This document shows positions 24,937 to 30,783 of a DNA stretch of 30,783 nucleotides, piece by piece; position 1 is the stretch's first letter; the number at the start of each line of letters is the position of its first letter. Source of the stretch: a virus (lineage: Duplodnaviria > Caudoviricetes); the IMG/VR virus record IMGVR_UViG_3300044449_000059, positions 1 through 30,783 of that record. The stretch is one strand, 5' to 3'. Under the pieces are notes generated by a model. The model made no database searches. It worked only from the letters and a program-made list of their open reading frames with translations, and was not told the origin of the DNA. The translations under genes were made by a program, and so were the position numbers.

Positions 24937-27935
24937 TCCCCGACATCGATCTTTCTGTATTTGTGCGCATGGGTGACAAGATCACCGCGCCGCTCAGGGA
25001 TGTGGAAAACACCGTTGCCAAGGCCTCGGAGCGCATGACCAAGCGGCTCCAGCTTTCCATGAAACTGGCGGGCGGCGGCGCGATTGCCACGGGCATCGCG
25101 CTTGCCTCGCGCCGCATGGTGCAGGGTTTCACCGATAGTATCCGCGAGGTGGAGCGCGCCAAGGGCGAGCTCGCCACGCTGGGCGTGCAAGACCTGGGGG
25201 CCATCGTCAACCGGGGCCGCGAGATGCAGACCCAGCTTGCGGGCATTACAGCGGATGCCTTTGTGCGCGCCGCCTATGATATCAAATCCGGGATCAGCTC
25301 GCTCACCGATCAGGGCGTGGCCGATATGACCGCCTCGGCGCTGGTGGTGGCCAAGGCCACGCGCGGCCAGGCCGAGCAAATGACCTCACTCTTTGCCACC
25401 TCTTACGGCATTTTCAAAAAGCAGATGGCCGATCTTACCGATGCCGAATTTGGCGAGCGGTTTGGCGCAGCACTTTCCGCCTCGGTCCAGCAATTCAAAA
25501 CCGATGGCGCGGCGATGCAGCAAGCCATCGAGAGCGCCGGTGCCGGTGCCACCAATCTCGGAATGCAGATGATCGATCAGCTCACGCTCCTCGGCATGCT
25601 GCAACAACAAATGTCCGGTGGCGAGGCCGGGACCGCGCTTAAGGCCTTTGCCAACAAGGCGGCTGAGGCCGATCAGAAATTCGCCAAGCTGGCCGCGACC
25701 GGGAAAACCCCGATCCGCATTCGCACCATCGACGAAAACGGCCAGCTCCGCGCGATGCCCGATATCCTGGCCGATCTACGCGAGGCTTATGGTCCAACGC
25801 TGGAGGCCACCGAACGGCTCCAAATTCAACAAGCCCTGGGGAACGAGGAGGCGATCAAGCTGATCGATGCGCTATACGGCCGGGAGGAGGCCGTGCGCGC
25901 CAATGCCGAGGCGCTGGAAACGGCAGCGGATCGAGGGGCCGAGTTTACCCAGGAAATGGCGCGTGCCGCCGATAGCAACTGGGATAGCGCAATGGTGCTC
26001 ATGTCCCAGAAAATGGACGTGCTGCGCCAAAAGATCGGCGAGCGTCTCTTGCCCGTGGTCGATCGCCTCGTGCCGGTTTTCGATGCCTTTATCGAGCGCG
26101 CCTTCAATTGGATCGATGCCAATCCCCGCCTTGTCACCGGGATCGGCGCGGTGGTGGTGGGGCTCGGTGCCTTGGCCGCGATTGTCGCGCCCATCCTTCT
26201 TGGGGCCTCCGCCCTCGTGAGCGCCTGGGCCACGATGAGCTATGGGGCCACGCGGCTTACGCTTGGCTTGCTGAATTTCAACAAGACCACCGGCAAAGCC
26301 CAAGGCCTGATCGGGCGGCTGGGTCGCGGCGTCATGTGGCTGGGTAGGAAGGTGCTCCCCATCGTGGGCCGCGCGCTCCTCGCCATAGGCCGGGTGCTCA
26401 TGGCAAATCCATTGGGCCTCGCGATCACTGCCATCGCCGGTGCCGCCTATTTGGTCTACAAGCATTGGGAGCCGATCTCGGATTTTTTCTCGGGCCTTTG
26501 GGAGAATGTGAAATCCGCCGCCGCCACGGCCTGGGATTGGCTCAAATCGCTATTCATGCGCTATACGCCGCACGGGCTGATCCTCACCCATTGGGAGAGC
26601 ATCGCCGGTTTCTTTGCCGGGCTTTGGGAGCGCGTGAAATCAGGCGTGAGCGCCGGGTGGGATCGGATCAAATCGGCCTTTCTGGATTACACTCCGCTCG
26701 GCCTGGTGTTCAAACACTGGGATAGCATCACCGAGACCTTTGCGGGCTATTGGGATAGCATTAAGGCCGGGGTTTCCAAGGGCTGGGATGCGATCAAGGC
26801 CCTGTTTCTGACCTATCATCCGGTGGGCATGGTGATCTCGAATTGGGATAGCATCGTGGACACGTTCGCGGGCTATTGGAGCTCGATCAAATCGGGTATT
26901 TCGACGGGCTGGGATCGCATCAAGACGGCATTCCTCGATTACACCCCCGCCGGGCTGATCGTGTCCAATTGGGATGGGATCACCGAGACATTCGCCGGGT
27001 ACTGGAGTACCATCAAAACCGGGATCAGCACCGGCTGGGATGCGATCAAAACCCTCTTTATGGACTATCATCCCATTGGCATGCTGATTTCCAACTGGGA
27101 CGGCATTGCCGATACCTTTTCGGGCTATTGGTCCGCAATTCAACTGGGTGTGAGTGAGGGCTGGGATCAAGTCAAAACGGCACTGGCAGAATATGGCGCG
27201 AGCACCCTCATCCATGAGGCGTGGACCGGGCTTGATACCTGGTTTGCGACCTTCTGGGATCAGGTGAAGACCACGTTCAAAGACAAATGGGAGGAGATCA
27301 AAGCGGAGGTGGCCACATGGCCTGCCCAGATGAAGCAATATGGGAGCGATCTCATTCAAAGCCTCATAGATGGTATTCGGGCCAAGTTTGCGGCTCTCGG
27401 CCAAGCGGTGAGCGAGGCGCTATCCAAGCTCAACCCGTTTTCCTCGGCCTCCGCCAATGTATCTGTGAGTGGCACATCTGCCTCCGCCGCGCCTGCATCT
27501 GGGCAACCTCCTGCGGGCATTGGTCCTAATAGACGCTTTGCCAAAGGCGGATCGTTCTCGCCCGGCTGGATCATGGTGGGTGAGGAAGGCCCCGAAGCGC
27601 GCTTTGAGAGCCGGAGCGGTTTCATCGCCCACAATAAAGCGCTTCAAGGCATGGTGGCGATGGCCTCGCGTGCGCGGGAGATGATCAACGGCCTTGACAT
27701 GGGTGCGGCCTTTGGGGCCGAGCCCGCCATTATCCCGGCGATGAGTGCGATTGCCCCAATGGGCGCGGAGCGCGGCGGGTCGCAGATCACCTTTGCACCC
27801 GTGACGCATATGCCGCCGCTCACGCTGGATCGCGGCGTGGATATCGAGGAGGCACAGGCCCTCTTTGCCGCCATGCTCAATGAACGCGATGAGCAAATCG
27901 CAGCCGATCAGCGGAGGCTCTTACACGATGTCTAA
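24933..27935 (+). CDS. Tail tape measure protein
   Basis: 1000 aa, Ala/Gly-rich helical, GGEAGTALK, ANPLGL, Trp repeats, VGEEGPE. Confidence 0.93.
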   Translation: MIPDIDLSVFVRMGDKITAPLRDVENTVAKASERMTKRLQLSMKLAGGGAIATGIALASRRMVQGFTDSIREVERAKGELATLGVQDLGAIVNRGREMQTQLAGITADAFVRAAYDIKSGISSLTDQGVADMTASALVVAKATRGQAEQMTSLFATSYGIFKKQMADLTDAEFGERFGAALSASVQQFKTDGAAMQQAIESAGAGATNLGMQMIDQLTLLGMLQQQMSGGEAGTALKAFANKAAEADQKFAKLAATGKTPIRIRTIDENGQLRAMPDILADLREAYGPTLEATERLQIQQALGNEEAIKLIDALYGREEAVRANAEALETAADRGAEFTQEMARAADSNWDSAMVLMSQKMDVLRQKIGERLLPVVDRLVPVFDAFIERAFNWIDANPRLVTGIGAVVVGLGALAAIVAPILLGASALVSAWATMSYGATRLTLGLLNFNKTTGKAQGLIGRLGRGVMWLGRKVLPIVGRALLAIGRVLMANPLGLAITAIAGAAYLVYKHWEPISDFFSGLWENVKSAAATAWDWLKSLFMRYTPHGLILTHWESIAGFFAGLWERVKSGVSAGWDRIKSAFLDYTPLGLVFKHWDSITETFAGYWDSIKAGVSKGWDAIKALFLTYHPVGMVISNWDSIVDTFAGYWSSIKSGISTGWDRIKTAFLDYTPAGLIVSNWDGITETFAGYWSTIKTGISTGWDAIKTLFMDYHPIGMLISNWDGIADTFSGYWSAIQLGVSEGWDQVKTALAEYGASTLIHEAWTGLDTWFATFWDQVKTTFKDKWEEIKAEVATWPAQMKQYGSDLIQSLIDGIRAKFAALGQAVSEALSKLNPFSSASANVSVSGTSASAAPASGQPPAGIGPNRRFAKGGSFSPGWIMVGEEGPEARFESRSGFIAHNKALQGMVAMASRAREMINGLDMGAAFGAEPAIIPAMSAIAPMGAERGGSQITFAPVTHMPPLTLDRGVDIEEAQALFAAMLNERDEQIAADQRRLLHDV
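26463..27310 (+). repeat. 126-bp (42-aa) degenerate tandem repeats in the tape measure gene, six full plus one partial
   Basis: Units start at 26463, 26589, 26715, 26841, 26967, 27093, 27219; Trp spacing 11-11-20. Confidence 0.9.
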
Positions 27936-28380
27936 GATCATGATGATGCTCGGGGCTTACCCCTTCATGCTCGATACCGCGCCCTACACCACGCTCAAGC
28001 GCACCCATGCTTATCGGTGGAAAAAGCAGGATCGCATAGGCCGCAAGCCCGCCCAGCAATTCCTCGGCCCCGATGCCGGGCAGATCAAGCTCTCGGGTGA
28101 AATCCTGCCTCATTGGAAAGGCGGCTATTTTCAGCTCGACGCCATGCGCGCCCAGGCCGGGCGCGGCAAGCCGTTTCTCATGGTCGATGGCCGGGGCTTT
28201 ATCTGGGGCGATTGGGTGATCCGCCAGATCGAGGAGACCAATTCGGAGTTTTTCTCGGATGGCACGCCGCGCGTGATCAAGTTTTCTATGAGCTTGGCCG
28301 AGTATGGCGAGGATCAGGGTGGCATCGGTGCGCTCGCGCTCGGTATTGCCGCCGTCAACACATTGGCGAGGTTGATATGA
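27928..28380 (+). CDS. Tail protein gpU
   Basis: MMMLGAYPF, RIGRKPAQQFLGP, DGTPRVIKF. Confidence 0.92.
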   Translation: MSKIMMMLGAYPFMLDTAPYTTLKRTHAYRWKKQDRIGRKPAQQFLGPDAGQIKLSGEILPHWKGGYFQLDAMRAQAGRGKPFLMVDGRGFIWGDWVIRQIEETNSEFFSDGTPRVIKFSMSLAEYGEDQGGIGALALGIAAVNTLARLI

Positions 28381-28502
28381 CGGCACGCGATTGGCTTTGG
28401 GTGAATATCATGCTCACCTCTTGGATGGCGTTCGGCGTGCCCGAGCGCGTTGCTGAAATGCTTGTGCCGATCATTGTTTGGTATTGGGGGATCGGCTCAT
28501 GA
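28377..28502 (+). CDS. 41-aa hydrophobic Trp-rich peptide
   Basis: MTARDWLWVNIMLTSWMAFGVPERVAEMLVPIIVWYWGIGS; ATGA overlaps at both ends; GAGG RBS. Confidence 0.65.
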   Translation: MTARDWLWVNIMLTSWMAFGVPERVAEMLVPIIVWYWGIGS

Positions 28503-28711
28503 AATATCGCACCAAGGACGGCGATGTGCTCGATCTCATTTGCCACCACCATTACGGCGATGCGCCGCATTCGGTCGAAAAGGTCTATGCCGCCAATCCC
28601 GGCCTTGCCCGGCATGGCCCGGTTCTGCCCTCGGGGCTGATCGTCTTTCTGCCCCCCGCAGATGAGACCGCCACGAAACCCGCCGTTGTGCGTCTTTGGA
28701 GTAAGCCATGA
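28499..28711 (+). CDS. Tail protein gpX (LysM-like)
   Basis: YRTKDGDVLDLICHHHYG, ANPGLA, VRLW. Confidence 0.92.
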   Translation: MKYRTKDGDVLDLICHHHYGDAPHSVEKVYAANPGLARHGPVLPSGLIVFLPPADETATKPAVVRLWSKP

Positions 28712-29688
28712 CGCCGGATTTTGAGGTGCTTGCCGCCGGGATCAACATCACTAGCCAAGTAAAGGATCGCCTCATGAGCCTCACCGTCACCGATGAAGCC
28801 GGGTTCAAATCTGATGCCGTGGCCATCTCTCTCGATGATCGCGATGGCGAGGTGGAGCTCCCATTTCCCGGCGCGCCGCTGGTAGTGGCGATGGGCTATG
28901 AGGAGACATTCCTCATGCCGATGGGGCTCTACACCTCCGATGAAGTGGTGATGAAGGGCATGCCCGCCACTCTCACGATCCGGGGCAAGGCCGCTGATAT
29001 GGGCGGCTCGATCAAGGAGCAGAAAACACGCTCCTGGGATGAAAATACCATCCGCGAGATCGTGGAAGAGATCGCCGCCGAGCATGGGCTGGAGGCCCAG
29101 GTGGCCGAGGTCTATGCGGATTTCTTCTATGAGCATCTCGATCAGACCGATGAGAGCGATATCAATTTCCTCACGCGGATCGGCAAGGATCACGACGCTA
29201 TCGTATCGGTGAAAGGCGGCGCGCTCCTATTCATGGGAAAGGGTGAAGGCAAAACCGCGCTCGGCCTGCCCATGATTCCACGCTTTATATATCGGACCGG
29301 GAAAACCACCTATTCCGCCACGCTGGCCAATCGGGAGAATTTCAAGACGGTCGAGGCGTTCTGGCACGACCACAAAACCGGCGAGCGCCAGAAAGTGACC
29401 GAGGGCGAAGGCGCGCCGATCAAACGCCTGCGCCACAACTATCCTAACGAGAAAGAGGCCAAGCAAGCGGCCAAAGCCAAGCTTGATGAGATGAAGCGCG
29501 GCAACGACACACTCACGGTCACATTGCCGGGCGATCCATTCATCGCCGCCGAGGGCCAGATCATCGCCATAGGTTTCCGCGTCGGTATCGATGGGCTATG
29601 GTCCGTCAAGAGCGTCACCCATGCGATCACCGGATCAGGTTACAAGACAACAATCCGGTGCGAGAAACCGAAATCAGAAGGCGGCTAG
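28708..29688 (+). CDS. Late control/baseplate hub protein gpD
   Basis: RLMSLTVTDEAGFKSD, HLDQTDESDINFLTR, WSVKSVTH. Confidence 0.92.
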   Translation: MTPDFEVLAAGINITSQVKDRLMSLTVTDEAGFKSDAVAISLDDRDGEVELPFPGAPLVVAMGYEETFLMPMGLYTSDEVVMKGMPATLTIRGKAADMGGSIKEQKTRSWDENTIREIVEEIAAEHGLEAQVAEVYADFFYEHLDQTDESDINFLTRIGKDHDAIVSVKGGALLFMGKGEGKTALGLPMIPRFIYRTGKTTYSATLANRENFKTVEAFWHDHKTGERQKVTEGEGAPIKRLRHNYPNEKEAKQAAKAKLDEMKRGNDTLTVTLPGDPFIAAEGQIIAIGFRVGIDGLWSVKSVTHAITGSGYKTTIRCEKPKSEGG

Positions 29689-30160
29689 ACGGGGCGAGAG
29701 ATGAAATTTAACATCCGCCGGAATGAAAAAAATTTTCGGCCCGTCCATTATCTGGGGTCACCAAGGGGATTTCAGCGTTTTGCCCCGCACCACTCAAGCG
29801 CTATAACCCTTTAATACAAAGGAAAATTTTTGGGGTAGCGCCGTCTGGAGAAAGGGCTCCAGAGGCAGAGTGGCGGAGGGAATGGGCCTGGGATCGGACC
29901 CTCTCTGGTGTCAGAGGCAGCCATTGCGCGCTTGAGCGAATTACTGCGCGATTATTTTTTGGCGGCGTTCACGCGCAATCATCTCGGAAGGGTCTCGTGA
30001 CGCTGCTCAGCGGCCTGCCGCGTGGTGATCGCGCAGATCAACGGGATGGCAAAGGCCCCGGCGTTTTTTGGCTTTCCCTGAGCAGGGTGCCAAAATGCAA
30101 GCCTGCCCCATCACATTGACATGACGATATTTTTTAAAGGCCATAGTGGAGCCCGGCAGG

Positions 30161-30470
30161 ATGAATGCGACGTTCTCCCTGCCTCTGGTCTTCTTGCCCC
30201 AGTTCTTCATGCCGCGGCACAACACGCAACTGAGACTGCTCAAGGCCCAGATCATGATTTTGCGGGCCCGATCCCAACGCAAAGGATCATCCTGTCGTAT
30301 GCCAAAAAATCCGAGTTGCTCCGCATCGGATCTTAAAACATCCTTTGGGGCTATAAGCGGATCGTCGGGGAACTGAAAAAGCTGGGGCTCTATGCCGGTG
30401 CCAATTCCATCAAGCGCATCCTCAATGAGGCGGGCGTCCCCCCCCAAGCCCGGAGAAGCGAAGAAGCACG
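30161..30470 (+). pseudogene. Degenerate IS transposase (integrase-core type) N-terminal fragment
   Basis: LRLLKAQIMILRAR, frameshift near 30270, RIILS..ELLRIG, stop at 30334-30336, then WGYKRIVGELKKLG..SIKRILNEAG. Confidence 0.7.
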
Positions 30471-30583
30471 CCAAAATTGTGACCGTGTGGTAAAAAGTAT
30501 ACACTCAACATTTAAATTCTCAAGATAGCAGCATTTTCGTTTTCTTAACGTTCAAATTTTTGCCAGACAATAATGTTGGGAAG

Positions 30584-30783
30584 ATGGGTATATGCTCCAT
30601 GTGTGTATTATTATTATGGTGTGTGCGCGATCTCGCACATGTGTGCGCGGCATTTTTGCTCATGGCGATATCGGCGATGGCTGATGTCGCCAAAGGGATA
30701 AAGGCGCTCGAGGACGGCGATGTCAAAGGCGCTGTCGTAATTTTTCAGGAAGCGTTTGAGGCGGGCGATCCGGACGGGGCGTT
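30584..30783 (+). CDS. Partial exported Sel1/TPR-like protein (runs off window; start uncertain)
   Basis: AAFLLMAISAMA signal-like segment then DVAKGIKALEDGDVKGAVVIFQEAFEAGDPDGA. Confidence 0.6.
   Translation, partial: MGICSMCVLLLWCVRDLAHVCAAFLLMAISAMADVAKGIKALEDGDVKGAVVIFQEAFEAGDPDGA

Larger units (their letters stand above)
124..29700. mobile_element. Prophage, Mu-like early region plus P2-like head/contractile tail; left end truncated within the transposase
   Basis: Contiguous, mostly overlapping phage genes from the MuA C-terminus to gpD, with AT-richer non-phage flanks; boundaries approximate. Confidence 0.93.

Noticed and set aside
26463-27310. CRISPR array or DGR template/variable repeats
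   Set aside because: Degenerate in-frame coding repeats; no spacers, cas genes or reverse transcriptase
29689-29870. Mu right end or Tn3-type inverted repeat matching the left junction
   Set aside because: No repeated transposase-binding sites seen; only a 6-bp GTCACC match to the left flank
29871-29905. Intact tRNA gene
   Set aside because: No D or anticodon arms; T-loop imperfect and mis-spaced from the CCA end
30007-30504. 165-aa minus-strand ORF
   Set aside because: Antisense to the transposase relic; no recognisable product

Overview
About 29.6 kb of this window (~124-29700) is a high-GC prophage, probably alphaproteobacterial (inferred from codon style and protein families), with a chimeric layout. 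The left arm is a Mu-like early operon: only the C-terminal part of a MuA-like transposase, then MuB ATPase, wHTH, Gam, HU, a stand-alone Mu-type DNA-binding domain, an unannotated RHH gene, GemA and an Ogr/NrdR-like Zn finger. Next come a MuF head protein with a C-terminal putative RNase toxin plus an overlapping candidate immunity gene, an exported protein and a replication initiator/helicase-loader-like pair. Late genes are divergent, as in P2. Leftward are portal, terminase, neck protein, a degenerate GH108, a holin-like/GH24 lysozyme fusion, overlapping spanins, DUF1353 and a moron. Rightward are an XkdF-like protease/scaffold, a P2-family capsid and a full contractile tail (V, W, J, I, H, FI, FII, E/E' with a GGGAAAG frameshift, T, U, X, D). 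No repressor, DDE core or Mu ends are visible. The right flank has a tRNA-3'-like remnant, an IS transposase pseudogene and a partial Sel1-like gene. All family calls are from motif recognition by eye; no database searches were run.
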